This document shows, in pieces, positions 18,139 to 27,499 of a stretch of DNA of 54,138 nt; position 1 is the stretch's first letter; each line of letters starts with the position of its first letter. Source of the stretch: Novosphingobium sp. (GTDB lineage: Bacteria; Pseudomonadota; Alphaproteobacteria; Sphingomonadales; Sphingomonadaceae); the NCBI GenBank assembly GCA_035653915.1, contig DASRYE010000041.1, positions 1 through 54,138 of the forward strand, written 5' to 3'. The notes under the pieces are model-generated. The model saw nothing but the letters and a program-made list of their open reading frames with translations, had not been told where the DNA came from and did no database searches. Position numbers and translations under genes: made by a program.

Positions 18139-20775
18139 TCAGAACATCTTGCGCAGCTCGAAGCCGATGATCCGGCCATAGGCATCCATATAGGGCGCCT
18201 GATAGCTGAGCGGCACTTCGCCCGCCGCATTCGTCACCTTCTGGATCGAGCCCAGCAGGTTGTTCGCCATGATCGACATGCGGCTGTTCTTGAGGAAGGG
18301 CACTGCCTTGATCACCCGCTGCTGCTGGTTGAAATCCAGGAACAGCCGCGCGTTGATCTTGAGCAGCGCGCCATAGCGCAGATCGGCGCTGGTGCCGGTG
18401 CCATCGACATGGGTCGGCGCGGTCCAGGTGGTGTTGGTGCGCAGGCCAAAGCCCTTGTAGAAGAAGCCGCCGTCGATCTCCAGCGAGTGGCGCGCCACGC
18501 CGCCGGTGCTGGCAATCGCATCGCCATGCAGCAGATCGAGCACCGCCCCGCCATCAACCAGCTGCACCCGGTCGATCAGCTGCACCGTGTGATAGAGCGA
18601 GAGGTTCCAGCGCCCTTCATGCCGCGGCCCGCTGGGCCCGCCGCCCGGGCCACCAGGACCACCCGGGCCGCCGGGGCCACCCGGCCCACCGCCCCCCGGC
18701 CCGCCGGATCCGCCGGCACCATGCCCCCCGCCGCTGCCCCCCTTGCTGCCGCCATCGCCGCCGCCATGGCCCTCGCCCGGCGGCGGGCCGCCCGGGGGCG
18801 GGCCATCCATGCCGAAGCGGCTGCGGCTTTGCACCACCTTGCCCATGTTGCCGAACAGGTTGATGCCCCAGCGAATGCGCGACTGGTGCTCGCTGGCGAT
18901 CGTCACCGGGCGCTCGTCGATCTGGGTGATGGTGCCGTTCACCCGCGTCACGCGGTCGGTATAGGCGTCTTCCACGGCGGCTGTCAGCAGCGGGAAGGAA
19001 GCGGACACATTGCTGGAATGATTGTCGAAATATTCGACGACGAAATTGGAGTTCTTCGACAGGAAGGGCGGCGTCCAGTTCATCGACAGCTTGATGTCGT
19101 GGCGGCTTTCCTTCTTCAGCGCCGCATTGCCGCCGGTCAGCACGGTGGCCAGCACCGTCTGCCCGGTAGTGAAATCATAGGTCGAGACGTTGTAGGTGGT
19201 GACCGCCGCCGCGCCCAGATTGGCCAGCGAGGGCGCCGCCTCATTGTTGATATAGCTGGCCTGCAGGCTGAAGCGCTTGGTGATCGCCCAGTTGCCGCCG
19301 GTGGACCAGTTGGTCAGCCAGCCGAAATCGGAGAGTTTGTCGACCCCTGCCGAGACATTGAGCGTGAGATCGCCCAGCGCCTCGCCGAAATGTTCGCGCG
19401 TGCTGGTGAGAGGGATCGCCAGGTTGAAGCCGGTGGAGGCATCGCCGCGGCGGAAACGGGTGGAGGTGTTGTTGGCGGCATTGGTGTTGCCGGTGCTGGT
19501 GGCTTCCTGCCAGGTATAGGCAAAGCCGGCCTTCACCGTCAGCGCGATATCGCCGGCCGGCCCATGCACCGGGCGGCCCATCAGCGTCACCAGGCTGGTC
19601 AGCGTGTCGGTGCGGGTGCTGGCCACCGCAAGGCCCGCATAGGGCAGCGCGGGCAGCGTGCCATAGGGATCGGCCAGGGTGATGCCGCTGGTGTCGGCGC
19701 GGTCGTCGGTGCGGGTCACGGCATCGGTGTGGCTGCCATCGACCGTGGCCGAAAGCTGCCACTTGCCGCCAACATTCTTGTTGAAGCTGGTGCCGGCCTG
19801 GATCTCGTCGGTGCGAGTGAAAGTGCCCAGCGCGCCGGGGAAGGTGCGCACCACATCGGCGCCGCCGGCCCCTGCGCCGGTGATCGTCAGCGTGTTGAGG
19901 CCGTTCTTCGCATCCGTCTCGGTGCGGGTGAGCGCGCCGTTCATCGCCAGCGAGCCGCCGGTGGGGCCAGAGCCGATGGGGATCGTGTAGGTGGCGTTCA
20001 GCTTGTAGTCGCGCGTGTCGGAGACCAGCGTGCGGTTATCGGCCTGGCTGGGGTCTGTCGCCACGCTCGACTGGCTGCTGGCGGCCTCTGCCACATGGCG
20101 GGTGGCCTCGGTCATCGGCGTGGTGTGATCGACCGAGGCGGCGATGTTCAGCCGGCGGTTCTTGTCGATCTTGGCATAGCGGGCCGAGCCCTTGACGGTG
20201 GAAGTGCCGCCGGCATCGGGCTGGGTATATTCCGCCTCCACAGAGCTGGCGCGGTAATGCTCTTTCAGGATGATGTTCACCACCCGCTGATCGGGCGCAT
20301 AGCCATAGCGCAGCGCCACTTCCTCGGGCAGCACCTCGATCTTGCGGATGGCCTCTGGCGGATAGTCGCGCAATTCGCGGAAGGAGGCGATGCGCTGGCC
20401 GTTGACGAGGATGATCGGCCCATCCGACGAGCGGCCGCGCCCGGAATTGGTCTCGGCCGAAATCGCATCGATCAGATCCGAGATCGAGCTGACGCCATAG
20501 GAAGCGATATCCTCCTCGTCGAAAGTGACGATGGGCGCCTGGGGGGCATCCACCTGGCCGGCGATCTTGCCTGCCACCACCACGATCGGCCGCTTGCCGC
20601 CGCCTTGCGCGCTGCTGTCAGCGGAAGAGGTGGTGTCAGCGGAAGAGGTGGTGTCGGCAGAAGAGGCAGTGTCGGCCGCAGAAGCGCTGCTGCCCTGCGT
20701 TTGCGCCAAGGCGGCCCCGGGCAGCAGCAGCACCGACAGAACCGAAGAAACCGACAGATGATATGGCCTGCGCAA
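18139..20775 (-). CDS. TonB-dependent receptor-like outer-membrane beta-barrel protein
   Basis: Signal peptide (ALAQ), TonB-box-like IVVVA, plug-like ILVNGQR..IRKIEVL, GNAALKKE, C-terminal GFELRKMF; TTG start after AGGGAG. Confidence 0.75.
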   Translation of the reverse strand: MRRPYHLSVSSVLSVLLLPGAALAQTQGSSASAADTASSADTTSSADTTSSADSSAQGGGKRPIVVVAGKIAGQVDAPQAPIVTFDEEDIASYGVSSISDLIDAISAETNSGRGRSSDGPIILVNGQRIASFRELRDYPPEAIRKIEVLPEEVALRYGYAPDQRVVNIILKEHYRASSVEAEYTQPDAGGTSTVKGSARYAKIDKNRRLNIAASVDHTTPMTEATRHVAEAASSQSSVATDPSQADNRTLVSDTRDYKLNATYTIPIGSGPTGGSLAMNGALTRTETDAKNGLNTLTITGAGAGGADVVRTFPGALGTFTRTDEIQAGTSFNKNVGGKWQLSATVDGSHTDAVTRTDDRADTSGITLADPYGTLPALPYAGLAVASTRTDTLTSLVTLMGRPVHGPAGDIALTVKAGFAYTWQEATSTGNTNAANNTSTRFRRGDASTGFNLAIPLTSTREHFGEALGDLTLNVSAGVDKLSDFGWLTNWSTGGNWAITKRFSLQASYINNEAAPSLANLGAAAVTTYNVSTYDFTTGQTVLATVLTGGNAALKKESRHDIKLSMNWTPPFLSKNSNFVVEYFDNHSSNVSASFPLLTAAVEDAYTDRVTRVNGTITQIDERPVTIASEHQSRIRWGINLFGNMGKVVQSRSRFGMDGPPPGGPPPGEGHGGGDGGSKGGSGGGHGAGGSGGPGGGGPGGPGGPGGPGGPGGGPSGPRHEGRWNLSLYHTVQLIDRVQLVDGGAVLDLLHGDAIASTGGVARHSLEIDGGFFYKGFGLRTNTTWTAPTHVDGTGTSADLRYGALLKINARLFLDFNQQQRVIKAVPFLKNSRMSIMANNLLGSIQKVTNAAGEVPLSYQAPYMDAYGRIIGFELRKMF
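20616..20676. repeat. 18-bp tandem repeat (about 3.4 copies) encoding ADT(T/A)SS
   Basis: TGTCAGCGGAAGAGGTGG x2, then TGTCGGCAGAAGAGGCAG and TGTCGGC. Confidence 0.85.
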
Positions 20776-21015
20776 GGCGCGACACTCCCTTGAATATTGA
20801 TTTGTTCAGGCCCCGATCCCGCCCTGCCGGATGGGCCATGCGCATGACCGCGGCAAGACAGGGGCGCGTATCATTTTGTCGCATCGCTGATACGGTTTTG
20901 CCGGGGCGATTCATCGCCGGGTCATTAAGGCCAAGCCAAGGCTTTCCTTTTGCACCGCTTGCGTCTATGGGCAGCCCCGAACCTCCCTGACAGACCCTGG
21001 AAACCGACAGACCGG

Positions 21016-21261
21016 ATGGCAAAAGAAGAACTTCTCGAAATGCGCGGTACGGTAGTGGAACTGCTGCCCAACGCCATGTTCCGCGTGCGCCTCGAAAACG
21101 ATCACGAGATCCTCGGCCACACCGCCGGCAAGATGCGCAAGAACCGCATCCGCGTGCTGGTGGGCGATGAAGTGCTGGTGGAACTCACCCCTTACGACCT
21201 GACCAAGGGCCGTATCACCTATCGCTTCATGCCCGGCCGCGGCGGCCCCGGCTCCTACTGA
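21016..21261 (+). CDS. infA: Translation initiation factor IF-1
   Basis: [47 protein letters not shown]. Confidence 0.98.
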   Translation: MAKEELLEMRGTVVELLPNAMFRVRLENDHEILGHTAGKMRKNRIRVLVGDEVLVELTPYDLTKGRITYRFMPGRGGPGSY

Positions 21262-21269
21262 GCGGGCCG

Positions 21270-21860
21270 ATGACCACGCCAGCGGCGCCCCTGCAGCTGG
21301 TTCTGGCCTCTTCCAGCCCGCGCCGGCGCGAGCTTGTCGGCCGGCTGGGTGTTGAGCCCGCCCGCATCGCCAGCCCCGATATCGACGAAACCCCCGCCAG
21401 GGGCGAGCGCCCGCGCGCCTATGCGCTGCGCCTGGCCGAGGAAAAGGCCCGGGCGGTGGCGCGCGCGGCCGGCGAAGTGGTGCTGGCCGGCGATACCACC
21501 GTGGCACTGGGCCGGCGCATCCTGCCCAAGGCGGAAAGCGCCGATGATGTGCGCGCCATGCTGCAGCTGATGCAGGGCCGCCGGCACAGCTGCATCTCGG
21601 CGATCAGCGTGATCGATGCCGAAGGGCGCCAGCGCAGCCGCCTCAACGAAACCGTCGTCGCCTTCAAGCCGCTCTCGGCCGAGGAGATCGAGGCCTATGT
21701 CGCCAGTGGCGAAGGGCTGGGCAAGGCCGGCGGCTATGCCATCCAGGGCCGCGCCGAGGCGCTGGTGCGCTTTATCGCCGGCAGCCATTCGGGCGTGATG
21801 GGCCTGCCTCTGTTCGAGGCGCGCGCGCTGCTGCGCGCTGCCGGCCTGCCGCTGGGCTGA
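21270..21860 (+). CDS. maf: Maf family nucleotide pyrophosphatase
   Basis: [35 protein letters not shown]. Confidence 0.95.
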   Translation: MTTPAAPLQLVLASSSPRRRELVGRLGVEPARIASPDIDETPARGERPRAYALRLAEEKARAVARAAGEVVLAGDTTVALGRRILPKAESADDVRAMLQLMQGRRHSCISAISVIDAEGRQRSRLNETVVAFKPLSAEEIEAYVASGEGLGKAGGYAIQGRAEALVRFIAGSHSGVMGLPLFEARALLRAAGLPLG

Positions 21861-22870
21861 TGCCGGTGGAATGGCAGGTGGAGGAAGGGCTGGGCGAGAC
21901 CCGCGCCCTGCTGATCGCCCATGGCGAGGCGGTGGCCGCAAGGCTGGCCTGGCCGGGCGCTCTGGCCGCCGGCGCGGTGATCGAGGCGCCGCTGTTCCAT
22001 CGCCCCAAGGGCGCCCGCTGGGGCCTGGCCCGCGCCGCCAACGGCGAGGAAGTGCTGGTGGACCGCCTGCCGCCCGATGCCAGCGAGGGCGCCACCATGC
22101 GCCTTGCCATCACCCGCGCCGCCATGGCCGAACAGGGCCGGCTGAAACGCGCCCTCGCCCGGCCGACAGACGCCCCCTTGCGCCCCGCCCCCCCGCTGGC
22201 CGAAACACTGGCCGAAACATTGGCCGGCCAGGGCCTGCCGGTGCGCGTGGTGCGGCGCTTTCCGGCGGGGCTGTGGGAAGAGGTCTTTGCACAAGGGTGG
22301 AGCGGCGAGGTGCCCTTCACCGGCGGCGGCCTGCTCATCTCGCCCACCCCGGCGATGACGCTGATCGATATCGACGGCACCCTGCCGCCGCCTGCCCTGG
22401 CGCTGGCAGCGGCAGGCGCTGTGGCCGAAGCGATCCGCCGGCTGGATATCGCCGGCTCGATCGGCATCGACTTTCCGACGCTGGCCGAAAAGGCCCAGCG
22501 CCGCGCGGTGGACGAAGCGCTGGCCGCAGCCCTGGCCGATTGGCCGCATGAGCGCACGGCGATGAACGGCTTTGGCTTTGTGCAGATCATCGCCCGGCTG
22601 GAGGGCCCCTCGCTGGTGGCGCGGCTGGCGCGGGGGCGGGCGCGGGCCGCTGCCCTGCTGCTGCTGCGCCGCGCCGAACAGGCCGAAGGGCCCGGCGCCC
22701 TGCTGCTGGTGGCGCCGCCTGCCCTGCGCGCGGCGCTGGCGCTGCTGCCGGGCGATATGGAAGCGCAACTGGCCCGCCGCACCGGCCGCCGCCTGATCTG
22801 GCGCGAAGACCCGTCGCTGGCGCTCGACGCCGCCTATGCCCAGCCCCTTACCGAGGATCTGCTGCCATGA
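21860..22870 (+). CDS. Short, divergent ribonuclease E/G family protein
   Basis: [15 protein letters not shown] and G-IGIDF, GFVQI; position between maf and yacG matches the rng locus. Confidence 0.7.
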   Translation: MPVEWQVEEGLGETRALLIAHGEAVAARLAWPGALAAGAVIEAPLFHRPKGARWGLARAANGEEVLVDRLPPDASEGATMRLAITRAAMAEQGRLKRALARPTDAPLRPAPPLAETLAETLAGQGLPVRVVRRFPAGLWEEVFAQGWSGEVPFTGGGLLISPTPAMTLIDIDGTLPPPALALAAAGAVAEAIRRLDIAGSIGIDFPTLAEKAQRRAVDEALAAALADWPHERTAMNGFGFVQIIARLEGPSLVARLARGRARAAALLLLRRAEQAEGPGALLLVAPPALRAALALLPGDMEAQLARRTGRRLIWREDPSLALDAAYAQPLTEDLLP

Positions 22871-23064
22871 TCGCCCCTGCCCGCAAATGCCCCATCTGCG
22901 GCCAGCCCCGCAGCGCCGCCCACGCCCCCTTCTGTTCCACCCGCTGCCGCGACCGCGATCTGCTGCACTGGCTGCAGGATGGCTATGCCCTGCCCGGCCC
23001 TGCCGCCGAGGATGATTCCGAGGGCCTGCCCCAGCCTGCCCCCAAGGATTTTTCCACAGAGTGA
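22867..23064 (+). CDS. yacG: DNA gyrase inhibitor YacG
   Basis: [22 protein letters not shown]. Confidence 0.93.
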   Translation: MIAPARKCPICGQPRSAAHAPFCSTRCRDRDLLHWLQDGYALPGPAAEDDSEGLPQPAPKDFSTE

Positions 23065-23073
23065 TTTTCCTGC

Positions 23074-23102
23074 TTGCCAACAGCGCCGCGCTTGGCCATA
23101 GG
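23074..23102 (+). promoter_or_regulatory. Sigma70-like promoter of tRNA-Phe
   Basis: TTGCCA-17bp-CATAGG followed by a GC-rich stretch. Confidence 0.45.
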
Positions 23103-23149
23103 CGCCCGACCAAACGCTGACAGGCGGCTCCAAACGCCCTCAGCCAGAT

Positions 23150-23225
23150 GCCCGGGTAGCTCAGTTGGTAGAGCACGTGACTGAAAATCACGGTGTCGGC
23201 GGTTCGATTCCGTCCCCGGGCACCA
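23150..23225 (+). tRNA. tRNA-Phe(GAA)
   Basis: 76 nt; acceptor stem GCCCGGG/CCCGGGC, D-arm, anticodon arm CGTGA-CTGAAAA-TCACG, GGTTCGATTCC T-arm, encoded CCA. Confidence 0.98.
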
Positions 23226-23433
23226 CCACCAATCATCAGACCTCTGCACGAAATGCCTTCGGGCATGTGCCACGTTCCGAACGGTGTTCGCGCAGACGAT
23301 CTGAAGTCTCGTCAGGCCGGACTGCCTGATGGCCGCCATCCACAATGGCAGCGCCCGGCAGCCACATGCATCGCTGACTGCGCCCTACACGCCGCCTGGC
23401 GCAGCAGGATCAAGACCGGGGCTAAAACCGTGA

Positions 23434-23955
23434 TCACGCCCCCTGTTCTGGCAGGGAAACCTTCTCACGAGACAATCCGAAATAGTGTCTTCCAAAATAA
23501 AACAATCCGTCATCCTCGTCGGATATATGCACCCTGTTGACCACACAATACATGACACAGTGGCTACCAACATCCACGGTGCTGGCTATATGGCATAGAA
23601 AGCTGACCAATGCGTCGCCCAGAAAGGGCGGCTCCGATTCGCCGAAACACCAGTCACCACCTGCGAATTTTTCATCGACGGCAAGCGAGCGGTTTCCAAA
23701 GCGGGCTGCCATGCCGGCATGATGCGCACGCAACACATTGATAGCCAATGCCCCATTGGCCATTATCGTCGCCAATGAGCCGGAACGCCTGTTGATGCAA
23801 ACCAGCAGCGTCGGCGGTGCATCGGTAACACTGCACACCGCTGTCGCCGTCAATCCGGCCCGGCCTGCCGGGCCATCCGTGGTAATCAAATTGACCGCCG
23901 CCCCCAGCCGGGACATTGCCTCGCGAAAGAGGGGGGAATCCATTGGCGCGTTCAT
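23434..23955 (-). CDS. Flavin reductase (HpaC/RutF/IacG-like)
   Basis: FREAMSRLGAAVNLITTDG..GLTATAVCSVTDAPPTLLVCIN, GSH. Confidence 0.93.
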   Translation of the reverse strand: MNAPMDSPLFREAMSRLGAAVNLITTDGPAGRAGLTATAVCSVTDAPPTLLVCINRRSGSLATIMANGALAINVLRAHHAGMAARFGNRSLAVDEKFAGGDWCFGESEPPFLGDALVSFLCHIASTVDVGSHCVMYCVVNRVHISDEDDGLFYFGRHYFGLSREKVSLPEQGA

Positions 23956-24411
23956 AAAAATCCGCTCCCAATATATTTTATATATCTGAGGTGTAATTCA
24001 AAAAACACTTTCAATGTATTATGCACCCATCATTCGGGTGCCTTGTGCCAAATACCGAAAAATTCGATATCGCCAGCCATTTCGAAGCCGTATAATCCGG
24101 CACATGGGCATATAATTCAAATTTATATTAATTATTTTAAAAATTATCCGAACTAATGGAGCGATGCATTGGCATGAAGGCACCCATTGATTATCGAAAT
24201 AACCAAATCAACACATCGGAAATGACCGATTATTGTTCATATATACATTACCTGTTGACGAGCCCCCGCATCCAAGGTGAATGCAGGCGCGGGTTCATGA
24301 GAGTCGGCCAGGCCACACACCGCCCGCACGCTGGCTTTCAAGCGGCCCCCCGCACTCCCACCAACCCGTTGCAGATATAACGCCGCAAAAACGAACAGGA
24401 CGAGGCCCGCA

Positions 24412-24762
24412 ATGCCCCATATCGTCATCGAATACGCGCATACTCCATCCGCCCAGCAAGCCATCGATGGCTTGCTCGATGCGGTTATCGCGCGCGTCAG
24501 GGAATCGCCCATAATCGACATCGACAGCCTGAAACTGCGCGCAACGCCCATCCATCACTACCGTGTCGGCGGCGGGCATGCCCCGTTCATTCACACAACG
24601 GTTGCCCTGATGCGTGGCAAGGATGCGCGATCGATCAACGAGCTGTCCACGGACCTGTTCCGCACCATCGCATCGCACTTTCCAGACATTCAGCAGATTA
24701 CCGTCGATGTGCGCGAAATGGATCCCGCGCCTTACCGCAAGCGGGGAAAAGAGCATGGCTGA
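24412..24762 (+). CDS. 5-carboxymethyl-2-hydroxymuconate isomerase-like tautomerase
   Basis: N-terminal Pro (MPHIVIEY), LKLRA, FIH..LMRG, ITVDVREMD. Confidence 0.82.
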   Translation: MPHIVIEYAHTPSAQQAIDGLLDAVIARVRESPIIDIDSLKLRATPIHHYRVGGGHAPFIHTTVALMRGKDARSINELSTDLFRTIASHFPDIQQITVDVREMDPAPYRKRGKEHG

Positions 24763-24813
24763 GCTGATGATCGGCGCCCCCGTCGATCACGGCGCTGGCC
24801 GAGGCGCGCATCG

Positions 24814-24840
24814 TTGACAAACCTCGCCCGGTGATAGAAT
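24814..24840 (+). promoter_or_regulatory. Promoter of the TetR gene
   Basis: TTGACA-15bp-TAGAAT with extended -10 TG; the spacer is short. Confidence 0.5.
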
Positions 24841-24902
24841 GAGGCAATTGAGTTTCATTTGAACCAATATGCCCCAAACAGAACAAACAATGTTCCACAG
24901 GA

Positions 24903-25550
24903 GTGGATTGCAGCAAAATGCCCAATGCAAGTAGCGGGAACGGCCAGCGCGCCCGGCGCACATCAACCGCCAACCCCTCGAATAAAAAGAACAAGATGCT
25001 CCTGCGATTGGCCGGCGCGCTGGTCGATTCTCCGGGGGCGAGCCTGGAATGGCTGGCGGAAATGGCCGAAACCAGCCGAGGCACGCTTTACCGGATCGCC
25101 AGCTCACGAGAAGAACTGGTTGTGCACCTGCGCAACTTCGTGAAGGAAACGCTCAACCTGGTGATGGACAGTGCCGCTCTGGAGACCGGAGAACCGCTGG
25201 CTGTCCTGTCGTCGTTGACGCGCGGTTTTCTGCAATATCCAACGCTGTGCACGTTCTCCGCAATGTCTGCACATATGAACACGCCCAACGGGGAACCCGC
25301 CGTCGACATCGAGGACTCATACAAGTCCCGCATGCGGGAATTCTTCGGCACATGGCAGAAGCAGGGCTATTTTCGCGAGGATGTCCCGACGGAATGGCTG
25401 GTTCTCTTTTACGATCACGTCACCCAGGCCGCCTCGGAAGGCATCCGGACAGGCAGGCTGGCCAGCGCCCAGGCCGAACCGCTCGTGATCGAATCCTTCC
25501 TGGGCGGGGCCAGGGCCAGACAGGATCCGGCGGCCGCCACCCAGGATTAA
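24903..25550 (+). CDS. TetR/AcrR family regulator (NfxB-like)
   Basis: HTH ASLEWLAEMAETSRGTLYR..SREEL; C-terminal QKQGYFRED; start codon uncertain. Confidence 0.85.
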   Translation: MDCSKMPNASSGNGQRARRTSTANPSNKKNKMLLRLAGALVDSPGASLEWLAEMAETSRGTLYRIASSREELVVHLRNFVKETLNLVMDSAALETGEPLAVLSSLTRGFLQYPTLCTFSAMSAHMNTPNGEPAVDIEDSYKSRMREFFGTWQKQGYFREDVPTEWLVLFYDHVTQAASEGIRTGRLASAQAEPLVIESFLGGARARQDPAAATQD

Positions 25551-25575
25551 CCCGCGGCAAGGCCCCAACCGCCCG

Positions 25576-26406
25576 TCAGGCGCCTTGTGCCAGGCGGAAA
25601 TCATAGTGGATCACGGCCCCTTCGGCGGTCTTTTCCGGGGCCACGATCAAGCCGGGCTTCACGCCGAACACCGCATCGCCCTCGAGATAGGCATCCCCGG
25701 CGATGAAGATATGCGTCACCAGCCGGCGATGCCCCGGCGCCGAGATCATGAAATGGATATGCGCCGGGCGGTTGGGGTGGCGCCCCAAGGCCCCCAGCAT
25801 CTTGCCCACCGGGCCGTCATCCGGGATCGGATAGGAAACCGGCAGCACGGTCTGGAAGCTGTAGGCCCCATCCACGCCGGTGCGGAAGGTGCCGCGCAGA
25901 TGGCCCTCGGGCTGATCGGGGTCCTGCACATCGTACAGCTGGTTGGGGGCCGTCTGCCATACTTCGATCAGGGCGCCGGCGATGGGCATGCCATCATGGC
26001 CGGCGATGATGCCTGAAACCAGCGTCGGCGTGCCCGCTTCCGGGCGCATGAGGATCGAAGCGCCCATCGCCAGCCCCGGCTGCAGGCCCGAATAGAACGG
26101 CCCGAACACCGTCGAGGGCGTCACCTCCGGCCCATCATCATGGTTGATCGCATCGACCAGCATCGACACGCCCAGCGTGTCCGAAAGCAGGATGAACTCC
26201 TGCCGCCTGTCGTTGCTGATCTGGCCTGCGGCGGTGAGAAAGGCGATCGCCTGGCCCCATTCGGCTTCAGTCAGCCTGGTTTCGCGCACCACCGCATGCA
26301 CATGGCGGATCAGCGATGTCATGATCTGCCGGAGGCGCGGATCGGGCGCATCGGCCATCGCGGCAATCACGGCTTCGGTCAGTTCGGGAAAAATCGGTGT
26401 CGTCAT
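25576..26406 (-). CDS. Intradiol dioxygenase, hydroxyquinol 1,2-dioxygenase type
   Basis: RQEFILLSDTLGVS, TVFGPF, YDVQ, YPIP, RPAHIH; adjacent to maleylacetate reductase. Confidence 0.9.
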   Translation of the reverse strand: MTTPIFPELTEAVIAAMADAPDPRLRQIMTSLIRHVHAVVRETRLTEAEWGQAIAFLTAAGQISNDRRQEFILLSDTLGVSMLVDAINHDDGPEVTPSTVFGPFYSGLQPGLAMGASILMRPEAGTPTLVSGIIAGHDGMPIAGALIEVWQTAPNQLYDVQDPDQPEGHLRGTFRTGVDGAYSFQTVLPVSYPIPDDGPVGKMLGALGRHPNRPAHIHFMISAPGHRRLVTHIFIAGDAYLEGDAVFGVKPGLIVAPEKTAEGAVIHYDFRLAQGA

Positions 26407-26417
26407 TGCAGCGCTCC

Positions 26418-27485
26418 TCAGGCCCCTGCCGTCTCTGGCGGCAAGCCGGACCAGGCCCGCGCGATCAGCTCGCGGATCGCGCCGCGCTCGATCGCGCGCG
26501 GGTTCCAGTAAGGGTTTGCCACGGCAATATCCGCGGCCTTGTCGATCCCTGCCTCGGGCATCCCCAGCGCCTTGAGCCCGCTGGGGGCACCAACCGCGCG
26601 GCCAAGCTCGAACAAGGCGCGCGCCGGATCCTCTGTGCCGAGCGCCGTTTTCAGCGCTGCCGCCGCCTGCGGCACGGCGGGCGCGTTGTAGGCCCAGGCA
26701 TGTGGCAGGACGATGGCATGCGTCTCGGCGTGGGGCAGATTGAAACTGCCGCCCAGCGCGTGGCACAGCTTGTGATGCAAGGCCATTCCGACCGCCCCCA
26801 GCACCGCCCCGCACAGCCAGGCGCCATAGAGGGCATCGCTGCGCGCCTCGCCATCGCCAGGATTGGCCGCGATCTTCGGCAGCGCGCCGGCCAGCGCCTT
26901 GATCCCGGCCCCCGCCATCATCTGCATGATCGGATTGGTGTCGCGGGCATAAAGCCCCTCCACCGCATGGGCGATCGCGTTGATCCCGCTGGTGCCCGAC
27001 ATCGCCGCCGGCAGGCCAAGCGTGAGATCGACATCGTAGAGCACCAGTTCAGGCAGCACCTTGCTGCTGGAAAGCGTGGTCTTCACGCCATTTTCGGTCT
27101 GCCCCAGCACCGGGGTCATTTCGGAACCGGCATAGGTTGTGGGAATGGCAACCTGCGGCAAATCGGTCCGCAGCGCCAGCGCCTTGGCCAGACCGATGGT
27201 CGACCCGCCACCAAAGGCGACGAGACAATCGGCCCCATTGGCCTGCACGACCTCCAGCGCCAGGGCCGTGACATCCGTCGGCGTATGCATGGTGGCGCCG
27301 TCATAGTGCGCAACGATGGCCGAGGCGCCCGCGCAGGCTTTGGCGGCTTGCCGCGCCTGCTGCGGTGTGGACAGCAGCAGCGCCCTGGTGCCGCCCACCA
27401 TGGCAATCGCCTCGCCCAGGCGAGACAGGCTCCCCTGCCCGAAGATCACATGGGCAGGGTTTCCGCGATAGGTAAAGGCTCGCAT
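26418..27485 (-). CDS. Maleylacetate reductase
   Basis: GATMHTP, GGGSTIGLAKALALRT, PTTYAGSE, NAIAHAVE, LHHKLCH-LGG-FNLPHAETH, NPYWNPR; alternative starts at 27494 and 27503. Confidence 0.93.
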   Translation of the reverse strand: MRAFTYRGNPAHVIFGQGSLSRLGEAIAMVGGTRALLLSTPQQARQAAKACAGASAIVAHYDGATMHTPTDVTALALEVVQANGADCLVAFGGGSTIGLAKALALRTDLPQVAIPTTYAGSEMTPVLGQTENGVKTTLSSSKVLPELVLYDVDLTLGLPAAMSGTSGINAIAHAVEGLYARDTNPIMQMMAGAGIKALAGALPKIAANPGDGEARSDALYGAWLCGAVLGAVGMALHHKLCHALGGSFNLPHAETHAIVLPHAWAYNAPAVPQAAAALKTALGTEDPARALFELGRAVGAPSGLKALGMPEAGIDKAADIAVANPYWNPRAIERGAIRELIARAWSGLPPETAGA

Positions 27486-27499
27486 ATCAGGCATCGCTT

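Noticed and set aside
20616-20676. CRISPR-like repeats
   Set aside because: In-frame coding tandem repeats without spacers; no cas genes.
23193-24411. Small ORFs after the tRNA and in the AT-rich spacer (23193-23540, 24156-24380) as integrase remnants or a ferredoxin
   Set aside because: No tyrosine-recombinase or Cys-cluster motifs; no convincing RBS or coding bias.
25576-26814. 412-aa extended intradiol dioxygenase
   Set aside because: The extension overlaps maleylacetate reductase out of frame; ATG 26406 has a GAGGAG RBS.
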